A stretch of DNA of 64,000 nt from an uncultured Alphaproteobacteria bacterium (GCA_963740965.1 CAVUFW010000007.1:44027-108026); one strand, 5' to 3'. Positions 36,310 through 45,682 are shown, counted from the first letter of the stretch. The notes: generated by a model from the sequence alone, not told the origin. Translations and numbers: made by a program.

Positions 36310-38160
36310 CTAAGCGCCCTTCTTTTCCGCGATCCAGGCGTCGATCTTCTTCTCCAGGATCGGCAGCGGCAGGGCCCCGGTCATCAGCACCTGGGCATGG
36401 AAGTCGCGGATGTCGAACTTCGGTCCAAGTTCGGCCTCGGCCTTCTTGCGCAGCCGCTGGATGGTCAGCGCCCCGATCTTGTAGGCCAGCGCCTGGCTCG
36501 GGATCGCGATGTACCGTTCGACCTCGTTGGTCGCGTCGGTTTTGCCCATGCTGCTGTTGGCAAGCATGTAGTTGATCGCGCGTTCGCGGGTCCAGCCCTT
36601 CGAATGGATCCCGGTGTCGACCACCAGCCGCATCGCGCGCAGCATCTCGTCGTCCAGCGTTCCCATCCGCTGGTAGGGATCGGCGTAGAAGCCCATGTCG
36701 AAACCCAACGTCTCGGCATAGAGCGCCCAGCCTTCGACATAAGCGGTATTCCCGCCGAACCGCATGAACGGCGGCAGCGCTTCATTCTCCTGCGCCAGGC
36801 TGATCTGGAAGTGGTGCCCCGGCGACCCTTCGTGCAGGTACAAGGTGGTCATTCCCGGGGTAGTCCTCGACGGCAGGTCGTAGGCATTGAAGAAGAAGGT
36901 GCCGGGACGCGATCCGTCGGGAGTCCCCTGCTCGTAGCTTCCGCCTGCCTGGAACCGCTCGATGACCGGATCGTACGGCCGGATCGCCAGCTTGGCCTTG
37001 GGGATGGTCGAGAAATATTGCGGCAGCTTGGCATCGACCTTTTTGCCGATCTCGTAATAACCCTGAGTCAGCGCCTCGCGGGTCTTCATCTTGAACTTGG
37101 GGTCGTTGCGCAAATAGTCGAAGAACTTGGGAAGGCTGCCCTTGAAACCGACCTCGGTTTTGACCTTTTCCATTTCCGCCGTGATCCGCGCGACTTCGCT
37201 CAGACCCAGATTGTGGATCTCGTCGGCCGACATCGACACGGTGGTGGTGTCGCGAATCAGCTTCTCGTAAACAGCCGCACCGCCCTTCATCGCCGACAGT
37301 CCGACCTGGTCGCGGGCACGTGGCAGATATTCGGTTCTCAAAAAATCGCGCAGGCGGGTCATCGCCGGATAGATGCGATCGACAATCACCGCCCGCGTCG
37401 CCGCTGCCAGCCGAGGGCGGTCGGCTTGGGGCACCTCGGCCGGGAAGGCCTTTACGGGGGCGTAGAACATCGAATCTTCGGGCTTCTGCTTCAGCTGCTC
37501 GTCCAGCTGGGCGACGACATTGCGGATCGTCAGCTTGGTATCGAATATCCCGGTCGCCATCCCCTCGCGGAAACGACCGATCGAACGATCGAGCAGGGTC
37601 GCATAGCCTTCGTGCCGTTTGATGTTGTTTTCGTAGTCGACGACGGTCTTGAACGGTGCCGCGCCCTTGCCGCTGGCGAAGTTCGGATAAAAAGTGTGGA
37701 AGCCGCTGAAGTGATTGATCGGCCGCACCTTGCTCGCTTCGAGGTACTGCGGCTCGTAACTTTCCAGTCCGGTGACCTGCTGATATTCGAAGACGTCGTA
37801 AGCCAGCTGATCGGTGGCATTCAGCTTGCTTCGGTCGATCGCCCGAAGCGCTGCAAGTTCGCTGACAATCGCAGCCTTTTCGCCCGCGAGATACTCGTCG
37901 CTGATGTAATCACCGAACTGGTCGGCGTATCGCGTATCACCGCGAAACAGGCCGAACAGGGGATTACGCTTGAGCTGCGCCTCGTCGCTGTCCTTGAACA
38001 GTTTGAAGAGCGTGTCGTGCGCGTTTGCAACCGGGACGGCGGGTTTGACAGGCGCCGCCTCCGCAGTAGTCGGAGAGGCAAGCGGGGCGGAGTTCGTGGT
38101 GGCACAGGCGCCGAGCAAAGCGGTGGAAAGAAGCAGGACGGCGGAAGCGCGAACGGTCAT
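36310..38160 (-). CDS. Secreted DUF885-family protein (intact paralog)
   Basis: The 616-aa ORF has the signal peptide MTVRASAVLLLSTALLGACA. It carries the conserved LHEGSPGHHFQ and GWALYAE motifs. It aligns along its length with the neighbouring disrupted copy. Confidence 0.85.
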   Translation of the reverse strand: MTVRASAVLLLSTALLGACATTNSAPLASPTTAEAAPVKPAVPVANAHDTLFKLFKDSDEAQLKRNPLFGLFRGDTRYADQFGDYISDEYLAGEKAAIVSELAALRAIDRSKLNATDQLAYDVFEYQQVTGLESYEPQYLEASKVRPINHFSGFHTFYPNFASGKGAAPFKTVVDYENNIKRHEGYATLLDRSIGRFREGMATGIFDTKLTIRNVVAQLDEQLKQKPEDSMFYAPVKAFPAEVPQADRPRLAAATRAVIVDRIYPAMTRLRDFLRTEYLPRARDQVGLSAMKGGAAVYEKLIRDTTTVSMSADEIHNLGLSEVARITAEMEKVKTEVGFKGSLPKFFDYLRNDPKFKMKTREALTQGYYEIGKKVDAKLPQYFSTIPKAKLAIRPYDPVIERFQAGGSYEQGTPDGSRPGTFFFNAYDLPSRTTPGMTTLYLHEGSPGHHFQISLAQENEALPPFMRFGGNTAYVEGWALYAETLGFDMGFYADPYQRMGTLDDEMLRAMRLVVDTGIHSKGWTRERAINYMLANSSMGKTDATNEVERYIAIPSQALAYKIGALTIQRLRKKAEAELGPKFDIRDFHAQVLMTGALPLPILEKKIDAWIAEKKGA

Positions 38161-38204
38161 GTGATTGTCCCCTGAAACGGCTGTATCACATTCCTAATAC
38201 ACAG

Positions 38205-38238
38205 AGGGGGCGCCGCGACAAGTGCCGCGACGCCCCCT
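38205..38238 (-). terminator. GC-rich hairpin downstream of the RcnB-like gene
   Basis: The arms agggggcgccgcg and cgcgacgccccct form a 13-bp stem with one mismatch and an 8-nt loop. On the minus strand a T-containing stretch (ctgtgtattagg) follows. Confidence 0.5.
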
Positions 38239-38260
38239 TCGACCAATGACGGGTCAGTTT

Positions 38261-39136
38261 CTACCAGAAGAAGCCGTAGATCACGTCCACCACTTCACCG
38301 GTATAAGTGTCGATCATCACCGCGTCGTTGTGATATCGCACCCAGCGATACGGACCGTAAGCCGGCGGCAGACGATACTGCCAAGGGTCGTTGATCCAAT
38401 AATTCGACTGGTAATAATCCGGGTAAAGGTACGATCCGATCCCGAACCGGCGATAGCTGAAGCCAAACGGATCATAATAGAATCCGAGGCTGAATATGGA
38501 CCGGTGACGGTTGCGATAATCGCGCCAGTTGTAGCGATTGTCGTTGCGCCACGCGTTGTTCCAGCGATCGCGATTGTTGCGGTCATAGCTTCGACCGTCA
38601 CGCTCGTAGCGCCCGTCACGCCCGATGCGACGGACATCGGTACGAACTGGGCCGATCTGACCCGCTTCAGGCTGGATCACCGGAACCGGACGGACCCGAC
38701 GATCACGCTGGACCAGACCACCGCTCTGCTGGACTGTTCCACCTTGGCGCTGACGCCATTGTTCGATGCGCTGTTCACGGGTCAGATCACCCTGCGCCTG
38801 CTGGGCTTGCTGGCGCTGCTGATAGCGCAACACGCGCTCATTTTGAGCGTCGCCAGCCTGCTGCTGACGCTGCTGCATCTGCTGCTGGTACCGTTGCATG
38901 CGCTCGGCCGCCCGCGGATCGGGTTGGCCCTGGCGCTCAGCCTGAACCTGACGCTCGACCCGAACTTGCGGCGCGACATTTCGCTCGGGACGCTCGGCGC
39001 GTTGCGGACGTTCGGCGCGGCCTTCCGATCGCTCTGCGCGAGCTTCACGCCGGGCTTCCTGGGCACCGTCGCCGCGTTGAGCAAGCGCCGGCATCGCGCT
39101 GGTGGCAAGGAGAAGAAAAAGACTGATCTTACGCAT
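38261..39136 (-). CDS. RcnB-family periplasmic protein with a long Gln/Arg/Glu-rich low-complexity spacer
   Basis: The signal peptide is MRKISLFLLLATSAMPALA. The C-terminal sequence YRLPPAYGPYRWVRYHNDAVMIDTYTGEVVDVIYGFFW matches the RcnB-type domain. The middle is repetitive ER/QQ-rich sequence. Confidence 0.75.
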   Translation of the reverse strand: MRKISLFLLLATSAMPALAQRGDGAQEARREARAERSEGRAERPQRAERPERNVAPQVRVERQVQAERQGQPDPRAAERMQRYQQQMQQRQQQAGDAQNERVLRYQQRQQAQQAQGDLTREQRIEQWRQRQGGTVQQSGGLVQRDRRVRPVPVIQPEAGQIGPVRTDVRRIGRDGRYERDGRSYDRNNRDRWNNAWRNDNRYNWRDYRNRHRSIFSLGFYYDPFGFSYRRFGIGSYLYPDYYQSNYWINDPWQYRLPPAYGPYRWVRYHNDAVMIDTYTGEVVDVIYGFFW

Positions 39137-39160
39137 TGTTGGCTCCATTCGAACCGATGT

Positions 39161-39724
39161 TCACTGCGATGGAAAGTGCGCCTCGTCAGATGAGCCGTTG
39201 CTGAACCGCGTTGGCTCCTGTCGTTCAGCTTTCGGCGGTGCCACTTCACGCGCAATCGCCCCCAAACTATCGCCACCGGTCATGGCCATCGATGCACGCA
39301 CGATGGCCTGCTTAGCGCGCTGGCCGATGCCGCAGCGGCAGTGATTGGTCAGTGCAAAGATATCGGCTTCGCTAGGCCGCGGATTTGCCTTCAGCAGCGC
39401 AGCGATGCCAAGAATTATTCCCGGTTCGCAATAGCCGCACTGGCTGACCTGCTCGGTCACCCACGCCTGCTGGATCGGATGGCCGCGATCGGGGGCGAGC
39501 CCCTCGATCGTCACCACTTCTGCGCCTTCAAGCGAAGCGATCGACAGCATGCAGCTTTTTGCCGCCCGTTGGTCGACGATGACCGTGCATGCGCCGCAAT
39601 CGCCGCTGTCGCAGCCATATTTGGCGCCGGTTAGGTTGGCCGCATCGCGAAGTGCCCACAGCAAGGGCGTCGCGGGGTCGAGCTCGAAGCGCACCGCTTC
39701 GCCATTGATCGTCATGCTGGTCAT
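39161..39724 (-). CDS. (2Fe-2S)-binding small subunit of the xanthine dehydrogenase/aldehyde oxidase (CoxS/IorA) family, without a partner subunit
   Basis: Both cluster motifs are present: GCDSGDCGACTV and QCGYCEPG...CRCG. The ATG is at 39724 (MTSMTINGEAV). About 36 aa of non-family C-terminal tail follow the domain. Confidence 0.8.
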   Translation of the reverse strand: MTSMTINGEAVRFELDPATPLLWALRDAANLTGAKYGCDSGDCGACTVIVDQRAAKSCMLSIASLEGAEVVTIEGLAPDRGHPIQQAWVTEQVSQCGYCEPGIILGIAALLKANPRPSEADIFALTNHCRCGIGQRAKQAIVRASMAMTGGDSLGAIAREVAPPKAERQEPTRFSNGSSDEAHFPSQ

Positions 39725-39789
39725 TGCGCCGGACGCTACCGTCGACCAGCGCGCTTGCAAAGCGGTCTGCTGCGCCGGAGAATGCAGCC

Positions 39790-40578
39790 ATGGGGGCAAT
39801 TACCACAAATCGCGGGCTGATCGACATTGCCGAAGTCGGCGATGGCGACCGCCTGCCAATTCTATTCCTTCACGGAGTCGGGTCGAACAAGGATGTCTGG
39901 GCCCGTCAGCTTGCGCATTTTGGCGAATACCGCCGCGCCGTCGCTTTGTCATACCCGGGGTATGGGGATAGCGAGTTCGTGCCCGATGCCACACGCGACG
40001 ACTACGCGGCCGCGGTAGTGGCGGCCATGGACGCACTGGACATCGATCGTGCCCACATCTGCGGCCTGTCACTTGGTGGCGTGGTGGCAATTGCCCTTCA
40101 CTCGGCCGCGCCTGATCGCTGCGCATCGCTGATCCTGGCTGACACGTTCGCGCTTCATCCGGACGGAAAGGAGATTTTCGAGCGGTCGGAGGCAACCAGC
40201 CGGACGATTGGGATGCGCGCGCTGGCGGAGGCGAGGGCAGGCGCTCTTCTCGGCGCCAATGCTGTCCCCGATCTTCATCGAGAAGTGATCGAGACGATGA
40301 GTGAAATCCACCCTACGGCCTATGTACTCGGCGCGCGTGCCGTCTGGATGGCGGACCAACGCGACCGCGCGTCCGCAATCGATGTGCCGACCTTGGTGCT
40401 TGTCGGAGAGGAAGACACGATTACGCCACCCGCATTATCCAGAGAATTGGCGCGGCTCATCCCCGATGCCGCGATGCAGACCATTCCGGCCGCTGGTCAT
40501 CTCGCCAACATCGAGCAACCAATGATATTCAATGCGGCCATCGATGCCTTTCTGGAATCGATTGAGATCGATCGATGA
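39790..40578 (+). CDS. Alpha/beta-fold hydrolase
   Basis: It has the oxyanion HG ([10 protein letters not shown]), the nucleophile elbow GLSLGG and a C-terminal His context ([11 protein letters not shown]). The stop overlaps the next gene start (ATGA at 40575-40578). Confidence 0.8.
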   Translation: MGAITTNRGLIDIAEVGDGDRLPILFLHGVGSNKDVWARQLAHFGEYRRAVALSYPGYGDSEFVPDATRDDYAAAVVAAMDALDIDRAHICGLSLGGVVAIALHSAAPDRCASLILADTFALHPDGKEIFERSEATSRTIGMRALAEARAGALLGANAVPDLHREVIETMSEIHPTAYVLGARAVWMADQRDRASAIDVPTLVLVGEEDTITPPALSRELARLIPDAAMQTIPAAGHLANIEQPMIFNAAIDAFLESIEIDR

Positions 40579-42872
40579 AGATTGCCTGTGTCGGCGCGGG
40601 TCCTGCGGGACTTTATTTTGCAATCTCGATGAAGCTGCGCAATCCGACCCATGAGATCCAAATCTTCGAACGCAATCGACGCGGTGTGACGTTTGGCTGG
40701 GGCGTGGTCTTTTCCGATCAGACGGTCGAAAATCTGATGGCCAACGATCCGGTCTCGGCAGCCGCAATTCGCGCCAACTTCGCACATTGGGACGATATCG
40801 CGGTACACATCGGCGGCGAGTGCCAGACGTCGTCGGGTCACGGTTTCATAGGGATCGGACGGAAAGCGCTCCTCGATCTGCTCGCCGCCCGGGCCGAGGA
40901 GTTGGGAGTCGAGATTCATTTTGACGCGGAGTGCGATCCCGATCCCGCGCGGTGGGCTTTATACGACCTGCTTATCGCCGCCGATGGAATAAACAGCCGC
41001 ATTCGAGACGCACGCTCCGGAGCGTTCGAAGTCGAGATCGAGGAGCGCGCCAACAAGTTCATTTGGCTCGGTACGCCCAAAACATTCGACGCTTTCACTT
41101 TTGCCTTCGAGCAGACCGAAGCGGGATGGATCTGGGCGCACGCCTATCGCTTCGCGCCCGATTGCTCGACCTTCATCGTCGAATGCTCGCCGTCGACCTG
41201 GGCGGGTCTTGGGTTCGATGCGATGGACACGGCATCGGTCATCACGCGCTGCGAACAGATTTTTGCTGCCTACCTCGGCGGTCAACCGCTGCTCAGCAAC
41301 GCGACCCATCTTGTCGGTGCTGCCGCGTGGGTAAATTTCCGACGCGTCAAATGCGGTCGATGGAGTGACGCGAAAACTGTCCTTATCGGCGACGCGGCGC
41401 ACAGCGCACACTTCTCGATCGGCTCGGGCACAAAGCTGGCGCTCGAAGACGCCATCAAGCTGGCCGAAGTTCTCAACCGTCCCGACCTTCCCTTGGGCCA
41501 GGCGCTGGACGAATATCAGGGCGAGCGAAGTCTTGAAGTCCTCAAGCTGCAGAACAGCGCGCGCAACTCGACCGAATGGTTCGAGACGCTCGACCGTTAT
41601 CTCGACTTCGAGCCGTGGCAATTCGCCTATTCGCTGCTGACGCGGAGCCAGCGCATCAGCCACGAAAATCTGCGCCTTCGCGATCCGGATTGGCTAGGAG
41701 GGATCGAGCGCAAATTCTGGCAGAGGGCGACGGGCGAACCGAAATCGGCACCGCCGCTGTTCGCGCCGTTCAAGCTGCGTGAATTACGGCTCGACAACCG
41801 GATCGTGGTGTCGCCGATGGCGACCTATTCCGCCGCCGACGGAATCCCGAATGATTTCCACCTGGTCCATTATGGCGCGCGCGCCATGGGCGGAGCGGGA
41901 CTCGTTTTCACCGAAATGACCTGCGTGTCGCCGACCGGCAGGATCACGCCGGGCTGCACTGGGCTGTGGTCGAACGAACAGGCATCGACTTGGCGGCGGA
42001 TCACCGATTTTGCCCATTCCAATGGCCGGGCAAAGATGTGCCTGCAACTGGGTCACTCGGGCGCCAAGGGCTCGACCCAATTGGGTTGGGAAACGATGGA
42101 TGCACCCTTGGCCGATGGGAACTGGCCGCTCGTGGCGGCAAGCGATGTCGCCTGGACAGACGGCAATGCCCGACCGACCGCGCTGACCCGCGCTGACATG
42201 GACGACATCCGCGATCAGTTCGTCGCTGCGACACGGCGAGCGATCGACGCCGGATTCGACATGGTCGAACTGCACGCCGCGCATGGATATCTGCTGTCGA
42301 GTTTCATCACGCCGCTGCAAAACAAGCGCGACGACGATTATGGTGGCAGCCTGGCCAACCGCCTCCGCTATCCGCTCGAGGTGTTCGGTGCGATGCGCGA
42401 CGCGTGGCCAGCCGACCGGCCGATGTCGGTGCGGATCTCCGCCACCGACTGGGCCGGCGAAGAGGGGGTAACGCCCGACGAGGCGGTGGCAATCGCCCGC
42501 GCGTTCGCCGAGGCCGGGGCGGACTTGATCGACGTCAGCGCCGGCCAGACTTGGGCCGATTCCAAACCGATATATGGCCGGATGTTCCAGACTCCGTTCT
42601 CCGACAAGATCCGTAACGAGGCCAAGCTGGCGACGATGGCCGTCGGCAACATCACCGATGCCGATCAGGCGAACGCGATCCTGGCGTCGGGCAGGGCGGA
42701 TCTGGTGGCGATTGGTCGGCCTCATCTGGTCGATCCGAGCTGGACGCTGCGTGCGGCCGCAGCGGCCGGATATCGCGACGTCCATGTGCCGCCACCGTAT
42801 TTGAACGGCATGGCCCAACTGGCGCGGACACTGCAGCGCGAAGCCGAGATGCACGCGTCGCTCAAGGCCTAG
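40575..42872 (+). CDS. Bifunctional FAD-dependent aromatic acyl-CoA monooxygenase / Old-Yellow-Enzyme-type reductase (salicylyl-CoA 5-hydroxylase / 2-aminobenzoyl-CoA monooxygenase-reductase type)
   Basis: The N-terminal part has the Rossmann fingerprint [14 protein letters not shown] plus ADGINSRIR and [15 protein letters not shown]. The C-terminal part is an OYE barrel ([27 protein letters not shown], ...VGRPHLVDP). The ORF is 765 aa. Confidence 0.88.
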   Translation: MKIACVGAGPAGLYFAISMKLRNPTHEIQIFERNRRGVTFGWGVVFSDQTVENLMANDPVSAAAIRANFAHWDDIAVHIGGECQTSSGHGFIGIGRKALLDLLAARAEELGVEIHFDAECDPDPARWALYDLLIAADGINSRIRDARSGAFEVEIEERANKFIWLGTPKTFDAFTFAFEQTEAGWIWAHAYRFAPDCSTFIVECSPSTWAGLGFDAMDTASVITRCEQIFAAYLGGQPLLSNATHLVGAAAWVNFRRVKCGRWSDAKTVLIGDAAHSAHFSIGSGTKLALEDAIKLAEVLNRPDLPLGQALDEYQGERSLEVLKLQNSARNSTEWFETLDRYLDFEPWQFAYSLLTRSQRISHENLRLRDPDWLGGIERKFWQRATGEPKSAPPLFAPFKLRELRLDNRIVVSPMATYSAADGIPNDFHLVHYGARAMGGAGLVFTEMTCVSPTGRITPGCTGLWSNEQASTWRRITDFAHSNGRAKMCLQLGHSGAKGSTQLGWETMDAPLADGNWPLVAASDVAWTDGNARPTALTRADMDDIRDQFVAATRRAIDAGFDMVELHAAHGYLLSSFITPLQNKRDDDYGGSLANRLRYPLEVFGAMRDAWPADRPMSVRISATDWAGEEGVTPDEAVAIARAFAEAGADLIDVSAGQTWADSKPIYGRMFQTPFSDKIRNEAKLATMAVGNITDADQANAILASGRADLVAIGRPHLVDPSWTLRAAAAAGYRDVHVPPPYLNGMAQLARTLQREAEMHASLKA

Positions 42873-42909
42873 CAACCCCCTGCCCGGCATACGCGTTTCA
42901 GGATCCGTC

Positions 42910-43615
42910 ATGCGCAGCGAGTTTTCACTGTCAGACCCGCGCGATCGGGCGCGATCGCTGGCTGCGACCGCGGCGATCCACATTCTGCTCGGCGCGGCTC
43001 TGCTGACCGGATTGGCGCTGAAGGCAGATCGGAAAGCTGAGAATGGGCTGAAGACTTTCGACGTTGATCCCCTGCCTCCACCGCCGCCGGAAACGATACC
43101 ACGGCGAAGAGCGACCGAAATCAAGCAGCCTGCAACGGCGGGAAAGAAATCTGATCCCAGTCCGATCGTCGCGCCGCCAGTGCGTATGCCGGTGCCCCAG
43201 CCAATACCTGCCGCTCCGACGCCGGGAATTGGTTCGGCGTCGACGAGCGGGGCTGCGGTCAACGGAACGGGAACCGGCGCCGGCGGGATCGGCGACGGTC
43301 GAGGCGGCGGTGGCTCCGGCGGCGATGGCGCGGGGCGGGTCGGTGCGCGCCTGATCTCCGGAGCGCTCGGCCGCCGCGACTATCGGCAGATCGACGCGAT
43401 GGGATCGACACGCGGCAGCGCGGAGCTTTTGCTGTTGATCAACCCCGTCGGTCGAGTTCGAGCGGTGTCGCGCGCTTCGATCGAGCGGCAACCTTGCCGT
43501 CGACGACATGCTTTGCCAGCGCCTGGTCGACGGCGCGCGATTTCAGCCTGCGCGCGAAGCCGATGGAACGCCCTTGTACCAGGACATCCGATACTTCCCG
43601 CGGTGGGATCGTTGA
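42910..43615 (+). pseudogene. TonB-family energy transducer; the frame is broken by one extra base between 43439 and 43466
   Basis: It has an N-terminal TM (LAATAAIHILLGAALLTGLAL) and a Pro-rich then Gly-rich spacer. The start of the TonB C-terminal domain (ARLISGALGRRDYRQ...LLLINPVG) is in frame 1. The remainder (VEFERCRALRSSGNLAVDDMLCQRLVDGARFQPAREADGTPLYQDIRYFPRWDR, stop 43613-43615) is in the +1 frame. Confidence 0.75.
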
Positions 43616-44914
43616 TCAGCGGCTCGCAACCCGATTTTGATGGGCGATTGCCGCAAGCGCCGCGGGGTCGCGATTGTACACGTCAGGCAGGTGCACAATC
43701 GTTCCGCCACTGGGCACGGCGGTGAGATAAGTGAGATAGACCGGCACCGGTTGCGGCAAGTCGACGCGCTGCTCCGGGCTGGCCGAGCGGGTCGTCGGCG
43801 CAGTACCGCCATAAAGCCAGCGTGCGAGCCGCGGCGCATCCTCCAGTCGGACGCATCCACCGCTGAACATGCGCGACGCCTCGCCGAGCAGGTTCTTGTC
43901 GGGCGTGTCATGGAGATAGATTCCCTGGGCATTGGGGAACATGAACTTCATCCGGCCCATGGCGTTCTCCGCCCCGGGTTGTTGGCGTAGCCGCACCTTG
44001 ACCGTACCGGCAGCGACTGCGGACCAGTCGGCCGACATCGGATCGATAACCGTCGCATCGTCCGCCCAGCTCGAAAGAAGCTCGTACCCCTTGGACTTCA
44101 GATAGGATGGCCCGCCCTTGACGACGTTCGGCGCAATCCGTTCCGCCGCCAGGTCTGCTGGAACATTCCAATAGGGATTGAGCGACGTAAACCGGATCAT
44201 CGCGGCCATCATCGGTGTCGGATGGACGGGTTTGCCGACCACCACGCGCATCGTGTCGACCACCCGCCCATCCTCGACCATGGAAAGTTCGGCAGCGGTG
44301 GCGTTGACGATCACTGCCTTCCCACGCCCCGCCGGAAGCGCGCGAGCGCGCTCGAGGTTGAGTTTGAGAAGATCATGCTCGGCCGGACTTGTCAGCTCAC
44401 CGGCGATCATCGCCTGTCGCAGGCCGACGTAAATCGGGTTCATCCAGGCCATCTCGGCAACGTAGTGATCGAGCGACGGCGCAGCGGCTGCCTCTTCAAG
44501 CAATTGACGCGGAGAGAATGCGGCCGGGCGGAGCTCCGGATCGACCCAGATCATGTCGATCGCCGGCGTGCGACGCGTGTCGCGCGCGTAAGCAACAAAC
44601 ATTTCGCTCAGGATGCGATCGGCCCGGCGGATGGTTTCGGGGTTGCTCGACCACGCAGCCCGGAGCGCGCGGTCTAGTTCACGAGGCGCGTAACTGTCGG
44701 GATCGAGCCCGTCCGCTCCGGCACTGCGAATCATGTCAAACAGCGCTTGTGCGGCCGCTCCGTCGGTATCGCGGCCAAACCAGAGCGGCTGCCCGTTGCG
44801 AGCCGCATAAAAGTTATCGATCGTCTCGCCGGGAATTGACTGCGTGCCCGGCGCTTGGGCGGCGGAGGTCGCCGCTTGGGGGACTAGTAACGCTGCCGCA
44901 GCCCACAACGACAA
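43616..44914 (-). CDS. L,D-transpeptidase family protein (YcbB-like, YkuD catalytic domain)
   Basis: The catalytic motif is GIYLHDTPDKNLLGEASRMFSGGCVRLED. The N-terminal region is YcbB-like (GQPLWFGRDTDGAAAQALFDMIRSAGADGLDPDSY). The start is uncertain. TTG at 44914 gives the signal-like MSLWAAAALLVPQAATSAAQA and lies just after the upstream gene's hairpin. Confidence 0.8.
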   Translation of the reverse strand: MSLWAAAALLVPQAATSAAQAPGTQSIPGETIDNFYAARNGQPLWFGRDTDGAAAQALFDMIRSAGADGLDPDSYAPRELDRALRAAWSSNPETIRRADRILSEMFVAYARDTRRTPAIDMIWVDPELRPAAFSPRQLLEEAAAAPSLDHYVAEMAWMNPIYVGLRQAMIAGELTSPAEHDLLKLNLERARALPAGRGKAVIVNATAAELSMVEDGRVVDTMRVVVGKPVHPTPMMAAMIRFTSLNPYWNVPADLAAERIAPNVVKGGPSYLKSKGYELLSSWADDATVIDPMSADWSAVAAGTVKVRLRQQPGAENAMGRMKFMFPNAQGIYLHDTPDKNLLGEASRMFSGGCVRLEDAPRLARWLYGGTAPTTRSASPEQRVDLPQPVPVYLTYLTAVPSGGTIVHLPDVYNRDPAALAAIAHQNRVASR

Positions 44915-44919
44915 GCGCG

Positions 44920-44940
44920 CCGGACGACTGAGTCGTCCGG
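44920..44940 (-). terminator. Perfect 9-bp hairpin after the glycine-zipper lipoprotein gene
   Basis: The sequence is ccggacgac-tga-gtcgtccgg. It lies 27 nt downstream of the stop at 44967. The T-tract is weak. Confidence 0.45.
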
Positions 44941-44966
44941 CGCGCCTATCATTTAGGACGCTGGTG

Positions 44967-45527
44967 TTAACCGCGCTCACCGGCACCCATCGGCATAGGC
45001 GCTGGCGCCGGGGCCTGCCCAGTCGGTGCACCCTGATAGTATTGACCGTTGTACATGTAGCCGTCGACACGGCCGTCACGATCCTGATCGGCCCAGATCG
45101 CGCCAGCGAGGCCGCCGACGACGGCACCGGCAATCGCCCCTTCGAGCAGGCTGACGCCAGGGATTACTGCACCGGCAACGGCGCCAAGCGCGGCACCACC
45201 GACGGCGCCCGTGCCAACGCGGCCAAGGGTCGAATCCCAACCCGACGGGCGACCTTGATAATAGGTGCCGTTCTGGCTGTAGCCATCGACGTATCCATCG
45301 TTGTTGCTGTCCGACCAGACCGCTCCGGCCAGACCGCCGATGGCGGCACCGACCACGGCACCCTCGATCGGCGAGACGCCGCCGACAACCGCGCCAACGC
45401 CGGCACCGCCAACCGCGCCGATCGCGGCACCGGTTCCGACGTCCGACATCCGGGCATCGTCAACAGTCGAGCAAGCCGACACGGCCATCGATCCGGCCAG
45501 CAATGCGGCCATGATGTGATTTCGCAT
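44967..45527 (-). CDS. Glycine-zipper (17-kDa-antigen-like) outer-membrane lipoprotein with an internal duplication
   Basis: The ATG at 45527 is preceded by aagggagaa. The lipobox is MAVSAC. Two modules of about 65 aa each combine a Gly/Ala/Val zipper with a DGYVDGY..NG.YYQG segment. Confidence 0.7.
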   Translation of the reverse strand: MRNHIMAALLAGSMAVSACSTVDDARMSDVGTGAAIGAVGGAGVGAVVGGVSPIEGAVVGAAIGGLAGAVWSDSNNDGYVDGYSQNGTYYQGRPSGWDSTLGRVGTGAVGGAALGAVAGAVIPGVSLLEGAIAGAVVGGLAGAIWADQDRDGRVDGYMYNGQYYQGAPTGQAPAPAPMPMGAGERG

Positions 45528-45682
45528 AGATATTCTCCCTTGGTTTTTTGTTGGCCTCAGCTCCGGGCCCTCGGCCCCGCGAACGGCGCGTGAAGTCAAC
45601 TCGCCAAACGACAATCGCTTCGGATCGTTCCCGAATCGATTTCCGTAGACTTTGCCTTGGGTTGGCTAAGCGGTTTGAAACG

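Noticed and set aside
35001-38175. Two long plus-strand ORFs (35001..36218 and 36397..38175) opposite the DUF885 genes
   Set aside because: Both are antisense shadows of paralogous conserved genes. They mirror each other only because the real genes on the minus strand are paralogs.
41784-43262. 492-aa minus-strand ORF spanning the OYE domain and the TonB-like gene
   Set aside because: It crosses an intergenic region and two conserved plus-strand genes, and its composition is Arg/Gly/Pro-rich. I treat it as a shadow ORF.
45528-45682. Intergenic A/T-richer segment, checked for a tRNA or small RNA gene
   Set aside because: I saw no cloverleaf-compatible arms or conserved T-loop/D-loop sequences. 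It is most simply the promoter/RBS region of the lipoprotein gene.
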